Below, in pieces: positions 46,824 through 60,976 of a DNA stretch of 64,000 nucleotides. The translations under genes were made by a program, and so were the position numbers. Every line of letters starts with the position of its first letter. Position 1 is the first letter of the stretch. The stretch is from Podarcis muralis (Eukaryota). The notes beneath the pieces were generated by a model that searched no databases, had not been told where the DNA came from, and was given only the letters and a program-made list of their open reading frames with translations. The DNA lies in contig NC_135657.1 in NCBI RefSeq assembly GCF_964188315.1, forward strand, positions 108,872,001 to 108,936,000. Direction: 5' to 3'.

Positions 46824-47065
46824 CAGTGGTACCTCGAGTTACAGATGCTTCAGGTTACAGACGCTTCAGGTTACAGACTCCGCTAACCCAGAAATAGTAC
46901 CTCGGGTTAAGAACTTTGCTTCAGCATGAGAACAGAAATTGTGCGGTGGCAGCGCGGCAGCAGCGGGAGGCCCCATTAGCTAAAGTGGTACCTCAGGTTA
47001 AGAACAGTTTCAGGTTAAGAACAGACCTCCAGAACTAATTAAGTTCTTAACCCGAGGTGCCACTG
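46824..47065. mobile_element. Tc1/mariner MITE (CAGTGGTACCT family)
   Basis: TIRs and TA TSD. Confidence 0.9.
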
Positions 47066-48725
47066 TATTCTAAACAACTCTAAGCAGTGTACAGAAAACT
47101 AAAACAACAATAAACAACTTAAACAAAGTATTACGAAAAGACACAGTTACAGAAATAAAAGTTACATGAATATAAAGTTACTAATATATACAAATCATTA
47201 TCAATTCATTTTCCTTTTGACACATACTTCTGAGATTAGGGTACAAGGCCAATAGCTTGGACATGAATTCTACTTCCAATGATGCACAACTCTCTACCCC
47301 TAGTCAGTTGTATTCACATGCTAAGATTTATTCATATTGCAAGCTTGCTGGGGGAGTTTGTACCGTACCTGGCACAAAGTGACCCTAATCTACCTTTCAG
47401 AAAGAACTTACAAAATACCTCTAGTGCTCTTAAGAAATAGCTGCCATTACTATTTTCAGCTCCTTTGATTACTTACCAGAAAAAAATAGTCTTTTGCAAA
47501 AACAAAAGCCTAGAATTAATAATGGAAATCTCACACTGCACTAAACAGTACACTGCAGTACTATTACAACTTTTAGGAATAAACCAGTATTTAAATATTT
47601 CTATATACACCTGCATAGACCCCACTTAAATGTATGCAAATGATAAGTCATGTTTAGCCCTAACGGTGGGGTGCTGCAATAAAAACACTTATTGGGGTAT
47701 CTTGGATCTTGGTCTTTCTTGAATGACGTATGCTCCTATTTTATATTTCCATTCCCAGAAAACAAGGTCTATACCCTCCAGCAAGCACTGGAAATATTAT
47801 TTCTGCATGTAGGTCTCAGTATACCACTGATTAATAACATTGTACTATGTAGATATAAATATAATCTAACAGAACACACCAGTCACCACCAGTGAACCGA
47901 ACATGAAAAAAAATTACTGCTCTGTTCAACCCAGATTAATGTCCCAGAAGTCTGATTACTAATTCACCCCCAAGACACATGAATTGTCCCCAGGAGAGCT
48001 CACCCATAGTTATGTTCAACAGATAAGCCTATGTAAGCAGTACCTCTATCCTTGCTGCATGCTCAGATGAATGTGCTTGCATCGCACAACCTGCTTAGGC
48101 ATTCCCCACAACCTTGCCTTCCTCGCCAGCACTCAATGCCCATGTTTAGAGCTTATTCTTTTTTTACTACACACAAATCATCTCAACAGTAGCTACACTA
48201 GTGGCCGCAGTCATCAAAATGCATCACCGAACCCCATTGCACAAATGGAGCAGCTATGAAGGCGCACAGTCTGAGAGTGCCGTTAGGCAGCAATGCACAA
48301 ATGTATGTAGGGAGCACCTGTTGCCATGGTACCTCACTGGATTAGTTTCTCAGGCAGCTTCGGTAATAAATTGATTTGGAGGGCGCGTGAGTTCTCTCCC
48401 TAAAACACTTCAACATTTCAAAAATGTGTTACAGGTTCAGCAGTGGGGGGAAGAGTTTAAAAGATTATAGCACAAATACATTACGCTGAAAACTTGCTCA
48501 ATATTCCCACCCATGAACACTGCATACTACAAATGAATTTTTCACTGCACCAGTTTAACTCTTCAGAAGCTACAGAACCAGGCTCTGAACATTACTGTAT
48601 ATCCCTTACCCATCTCTGGCACGCAGTGAGAGGCAAGAAGGCTTTATGTTTGCTCCCTCTACTTGCTTACGTTTGCAAGCTGCTTACTTTCCTGGACATA
48701 TTTATAATCTAATTGTTTCCAATGG

Positions 48726-49250
48726 TGTTGCCTCTCAAAAACAAACGGCAGAATAAGATTGCTGCTACTGGGTTAGCAATCTTGGAGGTCCACTCCACTT
48801 TACCATGAGGAGGAGTTGTGGTAGACCACGTGGCCACCCACTCTCCTCCGGGGGCAGAGGACGAAGTCCCGCGTTGCCCAGGGGATCCTGGCCATGTCAT
48901 CGCCTAGTCGACCAATCCGGTGGCTGGGGGGGCATGGCCGGGGCAATTTAAGCTTTGGCGCGAGCTGGAGGAACCCCTCTTTGGCTCGACCCTGATGGGA
49001 ACATCTGGGGGAGCTTGAGTCGATCTGCATCGATGAGGCTCCCCTTTCTGGAGGTTTACCCTTACCAGACTTCCTGCACATCGGGCAGGAGTCAGATATA
49101 GTTGGGTTCATTCAATGCCTAAGTCAATAACGCTCACAGTCTGTAATCAATAAAGTTGTGGCCAAAATTTGCCCAATAACATTAACATAATATCTGTGTC
49201 CTGGTGTCTTCTTTACGAGGGGGGGGGGTTGCGGGGTCTAGACACACAAC
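48726..49250 (+). mobile_element. Solo-LTR-like element
   Basis: TGTTG...CACACAAC termini, CCAAT, TTTAAG and AATAAAGTTGTGGCC; CpG-rich. TSD not recognised. Confidence 0.55.
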
Positions 49251-49397
49251 TTATTCCACTCTTTTGAAATGAAAGCTGTCTGGCAAATAAGGCTCCTTCA
49301 CCTGATCTTGACCAGTTTCTAAGGCTAGGGAGCAGCTACTATTAACAGTCTTCCTGGTGCATACTGCTCACGTCATACCTAAACATTGGCCATGCTG

Positions 49398-49955
49398 TGC
49401 TACAGCAGCAGCAAGAATACTTATTGCAAAACATTGGAAGACGCAAGATCTACCCACTCTGGAAGAATGGCAGATGCAAGTAATAGACTATATGGAACTG
49501 GCTGAAATGACCGGCAGAATCCGAGATCAAGGAGAGGAGCAGGTGGAAGAGGACTGGAAGAAGTTTAAAGTCTATCTACAAAAACATTGTAAAATTTATG
49601 AATGCTGAGGGCATTGAAAATGAAATGAAGGGGTTTAAAGTGGTTAAGATAAATAGATTATAAAGAGAAGGACAAAGGCTTAAGATGAATAGTTAATGAT
49701 CTTGCTGAACTAATTTTTAAATTGGAATACAAGAAGGGAAGGCGGGTGGAAGTAAATGAGAATAAGGTATTGAAAGCTATCAAAATGAAAGAGTGTTCTT
49801 TTTATACTAAACTTTTTTGTTGTATTTTTCTTTTTCTTGGGTGTTTTTCTATTGGGATTTTTTGATGTTTGTTCGCTGTTGTTTTTCTTGTGGTTCTCTT
49901 TGTTGGGTTGTTAATTTTTTCTGGAAATTCTTAATAAATATTATTTTAAAAAAAA
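49398..49955 (+). mobile_element. L1 3' fragment with 18-bp TSD
   Basis: ATAAARILIAKHWKTQDLPTLEEW...KHCKIYEC*; TSD taaacattggccatgctg. Confidence 0.92.
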
Positions 49956-51104
49956 TAAACATTGGCCATGCTGGCTAGGTTGGTGGTCGTTGGGAGTCCT
50001 ACAACATATGGAGGGCACCAAGGCTGGGGGGAGGCTGCCATATACACTCCTAAAAAGAAATTGATATTGATCAGCCTCTAGCTGCTGCTCAGTCCAGCCC
50101 ATTCCTTTCTGCCCTTGCACTATGAGAAAACCTGTGACCTGAAGGAGAGAGGATTAATAAACATGAAGCTGGGGAATGGAACACTGAACTGTCTTTGGGC
50201 AGCAGCTCACCCAAAACTAGTCTGGGGATTTTGACTCCTCCCTTTCTGCCCATTGACACTGAAGAGACTTATAGGAAGGGATAAACACAGCACACAGCTC
50301 ACCGATGGATCAGCCAACGGCTAACCTTCAGGAAAGTGAGATGGATGAAAGGAGAACAGCTACAATGACTTAATAGGACCTGTGAGGTGGTAGGGATGTA
50401 TCAGAGAGGATAGAGGCTTGTATCTGTATTTCATTATTTTATAGCAGCCACCTTGGGGTAGAAATACAACAATTACTTAGCTGATGAAGAGATGCATCCA
50501 TCTCTGTGGTTATTTATTACAAATATCATTCTGCCTGGGTCCAAAATGCAGCTCCTTTGTGCGTGCGCATGTGGAGAAGATGCTTATACAAGTCTTTCTC
50601 ATCTGCTGCTGACATGCAGCTGTTTCAAAGACAGAGGAATTGTTTGCAGAGGGATCCCTCACCTGGCACTGAAATACAACTGCATCTTAGGCCACACAGC
50701 AGATTTATCAGGCATTTTAGTGCACTTAAGGCACTAAGCTAGGGACTTGCATACAATCAGAAGGACGGTTTACTTGAATGTGAAATCTTAGCATAGATCA
50801 GGCTTTCAGACAACCACAAATCTATCACCATATCGCAAACATGCTTGAGGAAAACTGCAAAGTGGCCAAGCTGAACCAAACCTTCTGCTACCTGGAATGT
50901 CTTTCTCCTCTTTAGTCCATGGTCTTTTTGCTACGTTTATTTTTGTTGTGATACTGTGACATTTGCAAAAAGCAGATGTGAAATGAAAAGGGGACAAAAA
51001 TTGGGCAACAAAACCAGAATATATTGTTCAGATAAACATCCATTATTCAGTCAATAAATAATTTTGAATGAGCCTAGGTTGTTTTCCTTATCAAGAATAC
51101 AGTA

Positions 51105-51346
51105 CAGTGGTACCTCAGGTTACATACGCTTCAGGTTACATGCGCTTCAGGTTACAGACTCCGCTAAGCCAGAAATAGTACCTCAGGTTAAGAACTTTGC
51201 TTCAGGATGAGAACAGAAATCGTGCTCCAGTGCTGCAGCGGCAGCAGGAGGCCCCATTAGCTAAAGTGGTGCTTCAGGTTAAGAACAGTTTCAGGTTAAT
51301 AATGGACCTCCGGAACGAATTAAATACTTAACACGAGGTACCACTG
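51105..51346. mobile_element. Tc1/mariner MITE (CAGTGGTACCT family)
   Basis: TIRs and TA TSD. Confidence 0.9.
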
Positions 51347-51572
51347 TATTGCGAATCAGATGGGCTGGGCCGTGTAAATCTAGATAGTCCCAGATTTGTG
51401 TGAACGGATTTGGCATTAATGGCAGGGCGAGTGGAGGGTGGGTGTGGAGACTGAATCATGGCAGACCTACCACAGCCAAACTCCCTTTTCCATTTCCTGA
51501 GGGGATTGTGCTATCTGCAATGCATCATCAAAGCAATCCCTCTGCTATATTCCTTCAAGCCCAAATTCTCAC

Positions 51573-51682
51573 CTCTTTCCTGACTTCTTCTTCATCCTCC
51601 AGAGTCAGCGCTGCCAACTGATTTGCTCTCTGCTCCATTAAATTCACATATCTGATAGGGTTGGATAATGCCTCAATAACAT
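51573..51682 (-). CDS. PLCB1: PLCB1 exon 23-equivalent (110 bp), proximal C-terminal domain
   Basis: CCAG|AT GTT ATT GAG ... AAA GAG|GTGAG; [37 protein letters not shown]. Confidence 0.96.
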
Positions 51683-52317
51683 CTGGAAATGAAACAGTAA
51701 TTTAGAATCAAACTTTGATTTGGTTTCAAAGGGCTATATTTATCTATCTGTTTTACAGAGATGAAATAATCATTTAACAATCTTAAGGCTGTTCTTTGAT
51801 TTTTCTAATAAGAAATCAACATAGACTAGAGTCATTCAAGTTTTCCTTGAAGAAAAACAACAACAGTTGGCTGTATTTTATTATCTTCCCCCACACTGAC
51901 AGGACAAATCTATACAATGAGACTGACTCTCAAGTAAGTGTGCATACCCTTGCAGCCTAAATTCACAAGTGACACATGGTAGACTAAAATATATCCATAG
52001 AACTGATTATGAGAGATGGAGTGCTATTAATATTATATAGCCTCTTTAAAGATAAAGAATTAAGGCACAGAGAACACAACTTGCGAAGAACTCTTCCAGA
52101 TTCTCCATTTGCTCTGGCATTTGTACTCAGATCTGCCCAGTCTGATCGTCATCAACTTTCTGTTTTAAAATAGACTACATCAGTAAAAAGGAAAGGCACC
52201 ACTATGGAACTAGAGAACACTGTGTGGAATCATTGACAATTACAGCGGTAACTGTACATCATGTTGGATGATGGACAGCAACTTATTAGAACACACATTA
52301 CAACTTCTTGATAGCTA

Positions 52318-52663
52318 AAAGGTAAAGGACCCCTGACAGTTAAGTCCAGTCACAAACGACTCTGGGGTTGCAGCACTCATCTTGCTTTACTGGCCCTGGG
52401 AGCTGACGTTTGTCCGCAGACAGTTTTTCTGGGTCATGTGGCCAGCATGGCGAAAACCATAGAGGTGCATGGAAACACCGTTTACCTTCCTGCCAGAGTG
52501 GTACCTATTTATCTACTTGCACTTTGACGTGCTTTCGAACTGCTAGGTTGGCAGGAGCTGGGACCGAGCAACGGGAGCTCACCCCCTCGCAGGGATTCAA
52601 ACCGCTGACCTTCCGATCAGCAAGCCTTAGGCTCAGTGGTTTAGACCACAGCGCCACCTGCGG
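52318..52663 (-). mobile_element. Sauria SINE
   Basis: 11-bp TSD cttgatagcta. Confidence 0.92.
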
Positions 52664-52684
52664 CTTGATAGCTACTGGATGTTA

Positions 52685-53011
<327 letters not shown>

Positions 53012-53865
53012 TCATTATCACAGATGCTCTAACTGTGGAAGGCAGGGAGTGCATGTAATATTTGATGCAGAACTTCTCCTCTTAGGCAATGTATGTAGAA
53101 ACAGGTATGGCCTCCACTGAAAACAAGAGTTGTGAAGAAACCCTCGAAAAAATTATGGCAAATGTTTACTGTTGGAATGACTGAAACACTTCAGCACACA
53201 CCTGGGACTCTCAGAAAATAGTCTGCTTCCTTAGGGACCAGTTTTGGAGCTTCCCTTGGGATCTACGTTTATGCAATAGAATACTAAAGACAGTGTTAGT
53301 GCCTTGGCTATACCTGCTTGCAGATTTTCAGTATGCTAAAAATAAAGAAACACTCTTTTTGTGTCACGGAAGAAGAGTATATGGGATTCTTGGAGGCAAG
53401 TCATCAGTTTCTCTGCTAAAATCCTGACTATATTTTAACAGCATTATTGGTCTATTACAAGTCATTTGGTAAGAACCAGGCATGACCGAGAGCCCCTAAT
53501 CTCTCCCTGTTTTAAATTGGGGGCATGAGCAAGACTAGCAGCAGGAATGGACGAGGTGTTTGAAACAGAGTGTTCCCTCCCTTTCCCTTCTTCTAACCAA
53601 AGTCATGTTGGTTTACAGATTGTTGAGAAGCAAAACGATGGGACTTTATCAGCCCTGGAGATAAGTCACCCCCAATTAGCCCCTGGGATTTGCTTTATTA
53701 GTGTGCTACCTAGGAGAAGGAGGAAAAGAGGGAGAGGCTCCCCTTTTCTAAACTCTTTGTGTGCCTTTTCTGCCGGTCTCACCACAACTTGGAAAGGAAG
53801 GGCAGGGAAACGGAGGCAGAATATGTTCTTGGGAGGGCTGGGAGGGACAGCAGAGGGCGCTGGGA

Positions 53866-53925
53866 ATCATATAATCATAGAAGTTCAGGGTTGGAAGGTG
53901 CCCCAAGAGTCATCTAGTCCAACAT
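53866..53925 (-). mobile_element. CR1-type 3' end fragment
   Basis: aatcatataatcatagaagtt...ggttggaagg...catctagtccaac, the reverse complement of the CR1 ATTCTATG-type tail. Confidence 0.55.
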
Positions 53926-55097
53926 TTTGCAGCTTGTTAATACCTCCTCTCTTCTAAGGTAGCCTGCAGTGAGCTTCCATGGTCTATGCCCAGAGCTGGT
54001 GATGTTTGCTGGCATCTTCAGTAAGAACAGTATATAGAGGAAGAGGGTAAAGGAACAGGCAGGGAGATGAGGAAGGATGGAAAGTGAGCATTGAAGGGGG
54101 CTGGACTCAATGAGCAAATCTCCAGTTCTATGGTCTATGGTTGATACTGTCGAAGCTGGGCTCTCAAGCTGCAATAAGCTTGAAAAAACCTGGCACACTA
54201 GAGTCCTCATAGTTCAGCTTTCAGGGTACACAGAGCATCTGCCCTCTTAGTTCATTTGGCTCATTTCCTCATTCAAAGGTGCAATTGGGTAGGTAGTTTG
54301 TTCTGGATGGGTTTACACTCTACCTGAAGGAGCAGGTGTGTTGCTTGGGGGGTCAGCACTCCTTGATCCAGTGCTGTCACTGGAGGCTCAAGAAGCACCA
54401 CCAGCAGCAGCAGCACAAAAGTGTCTATCTCCTAACTATGTCTGTTCCTGAACTGATGCAGTGTAGCCACAGTGGTGGTCCACGATCTGGTAACCTCCCA
54501 ATTAGACTACTGTACCACTCTCTATATGTGGCCACCATTAGAGATGATTCAAGCGCTTCAATCAATGCAGAATGCAGCTGCCAGAATGCTGAGCAGCATA
54601 GCCAATGGGAATCATTCAACACAAATTCTACAGGATTTGCACTGAGCTCAATTCATGGCATTAATGCTAAATTATAAAACTCCAAATGCATTGTGGCAGA
54701 AATATCTGAAGGGGCACCTCTCCCTGTATCATATTGCCGCTGTATTAAGTTCTTGATGTCCTCCCACTGAGTAGAACCCCTAGCACAGTGAGACACAAGA
54801 TAGGGCCTTCACTGTAGTGGCACCCTATTCATAGAACCCCCTTCCCTGGGAGGTACAGCTGGTGCCACTCTTTTCTGGCTTTCAGCGCTAGTTGAAACCA
54901 TACCGATTCACTCAGGCAATTGGATGAACTGATTTGATAGTCAGCTTTAAACAGATTTATATTCTTCTGTGGTACTATTAATTTAGTTTTTGGTCTTGGT
55001 TTTGACTGTTAGCTTGATATTTTTGTTTGTTTGTTTGAATGTGTGGATATCTATGTTGTAAACTGTCCTGGAATCATAACTGGAGAAGAGTGGTTCA

Positions 55098-55244
<147 letters not shown>

Positions 55245-56242
55245 CTAAAAATATATATTTTGGGGGAAAGTATTTAATGTTTTCTGGCACACCTTGTGCA
55301 CAAAGCAGGAATACTGAAACACACTGTTCAGCAAGTTAACATTGGTAGTAATCTTACATTGTTTGCAGTGCTGCAACAGTTCATTCCTGGGTGAATACGC
55401 AGCTGATTACACATGATAGTTGAAATAGCATGATCTGCAGATCTCAACTCACTTCTTAAATACCAGAAAGAGCTGGTGACCAGGACATTGCTACCTGTCA
55501 CACACTCTTGCCATCACCATATATTTATCTTTCTCTGAGTCTCTTAGCAACAGATGTGATGTCATAGTAGTCCTCCTAACTAGGCAAGCACATATATCAC
55601 AGTCCATCTGGCTACGCTTTGATCAAGCTGCTCCCTTTCCAGAATTTCAGCCTCAATTGATGACATACAGGATCTTGGAAACCTTACAGCTGACTGCTTC
55701 TAGATATTGTAGAACTGGAGATAGGTAGAGGGTAGAATCCATTGATTCCAAATTCTGGGTTCCATAGGCACCCTCCCCCTGTCACACACCAATACACCAC
55801 AGAAGTATGTGCCCTAGAGTTTCATATGACACATTTGGTTGGGGGCGGGGAGCCTGACCAATTTTGAGAGCAGGTGGGCAATGTTTACAAGATGGGATAG
55901 TTCTCACAATTGGACTGTTCGTTTTATTTTACACAGCTGCAAGAGGATCTTGCTTTTCAGGTCAAATCTCAACACTTGTTTGCTTTGACAAATAATCCAC
56001 CATAAACTTATACAATTAGATTAAGCATGTTGTTTGCTAAGGGTTTTCATTCTTCCTCCATAATCCCTTTTATTATTAGAAAAAAAGAGATGTGGCAAGT
56101 TTTTCTTTCCCTATGTAGCACCTAAAAATTATATATTGTCTCTCCAGAATTACTTTTAGGATTTCTGGGGGATGGGGCAGGACATATTTGCCTTCTCAGA
56201 GGGCACTTTCCCCATCTCTATTACCCAATGCGGTAGCTAAGG

Positions 56243-56448
56243 CAGAGCTTTCCAAACTTTTCATGTTGGTGACACACTTTTTAGACCTGCATCATTTCAC
56301 GACATAGTAATTTAGTTTTACCAGCAACCCGGAGGTTAAACTAACCCCTTTCCAGCCCTGGGAGGAGTGCAGGGAGCATTAACGGAACAAACTTACACAC
56401 TGCAGCTGACACACTAATGTGTCGCGACACACAGTTTGGAAAGCTCTG
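56243..56448. mobile_element. hAT MITE
   Basis: Perfect 16-bp TIR CAGAGCTTTCCAAACT; degenerate 8-bp TSD agctaagg/ggctatgg. Confidence 0.8.
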
Positions 56449-56963
56449 GGCTATGGCAATGAGCTGTGATCCAAGCCATTGCTACTTCATCTCAGCCAGC
56501 TTATTCGCTGAGCTGCAGGCAACCTCAACCTCTGCACCCCCCTCCGATCTGCAATATGAGGATGGTTATACATGCCTGCTTAGCAGGGATGCTGTAAGGA
56601 TGACATATATATATATATTTCTCCAAACACTTGAAAATGATATGGTTTGGCTTAGTGTTACCCGCATGCTGAGCCACTAAATGCTTATGAGATCTTTTAT
56701 TCTTCCCCAAGTATTCTTTAGCTGAAGCACTCCCAGCCTGTGTGGCTTTGACTTTCATGTAGGATGTTGCTTGCCCATGGTTATCACAAGGGCATTGTCC
56801 TTGCAAGATGTAGAGTGAAGGGGGTATGGCAATCAACACTGGAAACACTTGGTGGTGACAGTGGTTTCTCACTATTTACACACAGGCAAACTAAGGCTCT
56901 TCCCCTGTGGACGACGGTGGAGTCTCCCTCTTGAGGAAGAGGAGGTGATGGCAGAGTTGGCAC

Positions 56964-57525
56964 TAGGGTTGGGCGTTACCTGGTTTTCAACATTGTGATA
57001 TATCATCAGCTGAAGATCATGATGTACTGATATATCGCAATGTCCAAAATTGCCCAGCCCTACTCCAGACCACTGCTGCATGTGCGAGCCAGAGCAAGCC
57101 CCCATATCACTCTGGTTCCCGCAAGCTGGAGCTCTATGGGGGCTTGATCAACTGACAGGCGGGCACCCTGGCTCAACCCTCAGCGGAGCAGTTTAAGCAA
57201 GGTGTTCCCCCTGCCTTAGGCTTGGGCAAGCCAGAGATGGGGGCGGCGCTCCATTATAGTGTTCTGTTGAGGCGTGGGCAGTTGTGCATGAGCCAGAGGT
57301 TGGGGTGAATCGATCAGCTGACAAGCGGGCTTCCTTAAAATGCCTGCCTCTCAGCTGATCAAGGCAATTTGAGCTGGCGATACATCATGGCTTCCCAGCC
57401 ACTGGCAGTGCAAGCAGGCAGACAGTAGTGAGGTACGTTGTGAAACCAATATACGCTGAAACCGATATTGCGGTTTGAACGTCATATTGGTTTCAGATTG
57501 TGAATCATAATATTGCCCAGGTCTA
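56964..57525. mobile_element. hAT-like non-autonomous element
   Basis: TAGGGTTGGGCG ... TGCCCAGGTCTA termini; 8-bp flanks gttggcac/gcaggcac. Confidence 0.5.
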
Positions 57526-57682
57526 GCAGGCACCGACTCTCAGGCACTGACTCAAATGGAACAGGACTGGGGCAAACAGGATTTCACCTGCCCCCCCCCA
57601 ATTAATTTTCTGAATTGAAGACCAGCAACCAATAATACTATAAAGCTTTTTTCAGTAGAGGAAACAAGAACGACAAACCTAC

Positions 57683-57847
57683 TTTCTTAAACACGATGGC
57701 CTCTTCTTCCCATACAGGATTCACTGCGTTGCCTTGAGACGGCTTGGTCTTGAGAGCTTTTCGCCTTGTGTCCACCGGCAGACCAAACATGTCCACTTCT
57801 ACGTAGGTCCCAACTTTTTTGTCCGACAGCAACTGCCCAGAAATGAT
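57683..57847 (-). CDS. PLCB1: PLCB1 exon 20-equivalent (165 bp), C2 domain
   Basis: TAG|ATC ATT TCT ... AAG AAA|GTAGG; [55 protein letters not shown]. Confidence 0.97.
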
Positions 57848-58606
57848 CTAGAAATGCAAGGTTTAGGCATTCAGTGGCAGTGTGGCAGAAGACCCAGTAG
57901 ACTGGAATGTCTCTAAAAACTAAAGCCTCGATTGTGAATCTAATATAGCCAGACAGCGGGTGCTGGGGGACGGCTGATCCACACTTTGGTTTGCATGAAG
58001 ATGCTGTTTATATTGAAGTGGCACCTAAGGCCACTGTGTTTCATGGGACTGTGTTAATGCCTTTTGGACTGCTGCAACAGCATCAGTCACGCCAGCCATA
58101 AACTCACCACACCAGCGCTACCCTGCAACATGGAGGTAGCGGTTTATACAATGGGCACCTTTACGCAATCCCAGCTGGGCTGTGAACATGCCTGGTGGCC
58201 CAGGTGCTCCTGAAGTTAAGCACTTGGGGGCTGCTGGCATTATGAACTAACAACAGAAAGCAATGCATTATAAGTCTGTATAAACCTCTGAAACGAGCTG
58301 CCGCTCAAGAACAAATCTGTTCAAACTGGACTGTGCATGCACAAATGTCACAATATTATCCTTTTTCTAAAAAGAGAGAGACTTGTAATGGTACTTAGGG
58401 AGTGAGGCTGCAGCAGAACAGCAGACGGTTAATGTGAGGGGAAGAGAATTGAAAACCTAAGATTTCCCTCACATTTTTCATCGTAAAAAGGAAAAACATC
58501 CCCACAACCAATCAACTCTAGTTGAGAATAAGAAATAAACACTTAACTTTTTTTTTTTAAGTCTCCATGCTTTTATTTTTTTCTAAGTTGGTTTGGACTC
58601 CAAGGC

Positions 58607-58608
58607 CT

Positions 58609-58643
<35 letters not shown>
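58607..58643. repeat. (ATT)n microsatellite
   Basis: About 11 units. Confidence 0.9.
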
Positions 58644-58646
<3 letters not shown>

Positions 58647-58821
58647 TTGAGTAAACTGAATACTTGTGCTGGTTTTTTAGTTTACAGTTTCGTACCTTTT
58701 CTCTGCGATATAAATTATTTTCTACAAGATTATCTGACAACAGGAGAAATTAGAAGTTTTGTTACACTATTTTGCTTGTCAACCCAATATTGTATGTGTG
58801 TACTTCATAATAAAATGAAAG

Positions 58822-58942
58822 TTTTAGAGTTGAAAGGGACCACAAAGGTCATCTAGTTAAAGCCACTGCAATGCAGGAATCTTTTGTGGGTCTCGAACCC
58901 ATGACCTCAAGATTAAGAGTCTTGTGCTCTACAGGCTGAGCT
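58822..58942 (-). mobile_element. tRNA-Lys(CTT)-derived SINE with CR1-type tail
   Basis: Minus strand GCTCAGCCTGTAGAGCACAAGACTCTTAATCTTGAGGTCATGGGTTCGAGACCCAC followed by CTAGATGACC...CCCTTTCAACTCTA. Confidence 0.7.
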
Positions 58943-59572
58943 CTTTAAACCAGCATAGAGTTTGGGGCTTGGCACAAAACCTGCTTAAAAGCAGAACACA
59001 AGCTGGATTTCGTGCCAAAATCCAAAATGGGGCTCCAACTTATTTGAAATTCTGCTAGCATATTCTGTGGAGCTGGCTGATAAATGGTATAAAACCGTGG
59101 GCGTATTTCTTTCTGGACAAGGGCCAGAATTTGTGCTATATACGTATCTCTGAAAAATTACTGCTTTCTTATTCTTCTGTGCTTGCAGTCCCAACACACA
59201 TAACTAAATTGAAGCGTGGCCAATTTGCTTCATTTATGCTAACCATTTTCTCAGTTTCATGGCCTCCACTCATACCATTTACTATAATCACAATACTTTG
59301 CTTCGTTGGATAGGGAGACACAGTAGAGGATAAATGTTTCGAAAATGCTCCCATCACTTCAAATTACCAATTCGTAAAAGGCCACCATGATGGTTTCTCT
59401 GCAGATCGCAGCCCCTACAACTTAGTTTATGGCTTATTTGCGGCCATTCTGATAAGGGAGTGGGGTTGGAGATGGGGAAATGGGGCTACAGGTCACCATA
59501 TTTTGCTATGTGCACCCAGGACAGACCTTAGGGCAGGCTTAAACTGGAAGGAGACTGGAGTGAATACTTTCC

Positions 59573-59923
59573 CTTTTCTTAATTATTATTTTAGTTATGA
59601 TTTTCAGTTTAAAACATTTCAATAATTTCACAATCATTTTAATGTTTCAAAACTCGACTTCCTTCCCCCTCTTTCTGCGGTTCCTTAAATTTATTTTTAA
59701 TATTGTCTGCACATCCAAATTGGTAACTTAATTTACTCATTTATTCATCTACTTTAAATATATACTGTTATAAAACAGCAGTTTATTACAATAATCCTGC
59801 CAATGTTATTATCTGTTTACAGTTTATTTGCAAATATACGATAAACCATTTCCATTCTTTTATAAAAAGTCTGTTATCTTGATTTCTTATTTTTCCAGTA
59901 AGTTTTGCCATTTCTGCACGGAC
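59573..59923 (-). mobile_element. L1 3' fragment, sense to PLCB1
   Basis: AEMAKLTGKIRNQDNRLFIKEWKWFIVYLQ...*; 12-bp TSD tgaatactttcc. Confidence 0.85.
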
Positions 59924-60253
59924 TGAATACTTTCCTACTCTGTCCCGCCTCCAGTGTGGCTTCATATCTGATAGTGCCCTTCTCTCCTCCACCAGTTTGG
60001 GGTTTTGGGTGCGCTTGTTCACCCTAAACTCTCAATAGGCATATGATGGCCATTGGTTCTAGGGCTGGAAAATATGCTTTTTCCTGAATGTCATACCAGA
60101 CTGGCTGAGATGGTCTTTCGCTATTCCCATAAAGATTCCTTCTTTTGTCACATTTGCTTTAATTTCCAGTCACAGCGGCACCCTTGCTTGGGGAAAGAAT
60201 TCAGCCTTATTGGTGTGTGTGTGGGTGTGTGGGTGTTTGTGTCTGTGTGTCTG

Positions 60254-60667
60254 TGTTAGCATTTCACTCCTCCGTTGCTGGACGTGTGATTGTTACATCA
60301 CATGTCAGTGTTTACTTTCTAGATTTGGAAAGTGTGAGAACAGAAATCAGTCTTTTCTCTCTTCCACTGTACTGTACTTTTGTACTTTTCTTTCTCTCTC
60401 CCACTCTCAGAGAAGATGTGAGAGGACGCCATGATTGCTTTGTCCTGTATATATTACTTAATAAATCACTTAGAATGCAACACTCATGCTCCATGATCGT
60501 TTCTGCTATACTCTGCTGAGTGAGTGTGCACATGTCTTTGTATATGTGTCGTTGGTGCGCACCGGGACTGATTTGTGAACGTCCCGGGCTGTGCTTCATC
60601 AGGAAGACTCCCGGAGAGGTCTGTCTCATTCCGGGGGCTGCATGTGCCCCCCAGGCATGTTCCAACA
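60254..60667 (+). mobile_element. Solo-LTR-like element, 414 bp
   Basis: TGTT...AACA termini and AATAAA; second copy at 10938-11254. Confidence 0.65.
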
Positions 60668-60682
60668 GGGGGCAGGCTGGGT

Positions 60683-60976
60683 GGTTGTTGTTTAGTTGTT
60701 TAGTCATGTCTGACTCTTCGTGAGCCCATGGACCAGAGCACGCCAGGCACTCCTGTCTTCCACTGCCTCCCACAGTTTGGTCAAACTAATGCTGGTAGCT
60801 TCGCGAACACTATCCAACCATCTCGTCCTCTGTCGTCCCCTTCTCCTTGTGCCCTCCATCTTTCCCAACATCAGGGTCTTTTCCAGGGAGTCTTGTCTTC
60901 TCATGAGGTGGCCAAAGTATTGGAGCCTCAGCTTCAGGATCTGTCCTTCCAGTGAGCACTCAGGGCCGATTTCCTT
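60683..60976 (-). mobile_element. Bov-B 3' fragment
   Basis: 12-bp TSD ggcaggctgggt. Confidence 0.92.

Noticed and set aside
58880-58942. Bona fide tRNA-Lys gene
   Set aside because: Acceptor stem missing, several substitutions, fused to a CR1-type tail; it is a SINE head.
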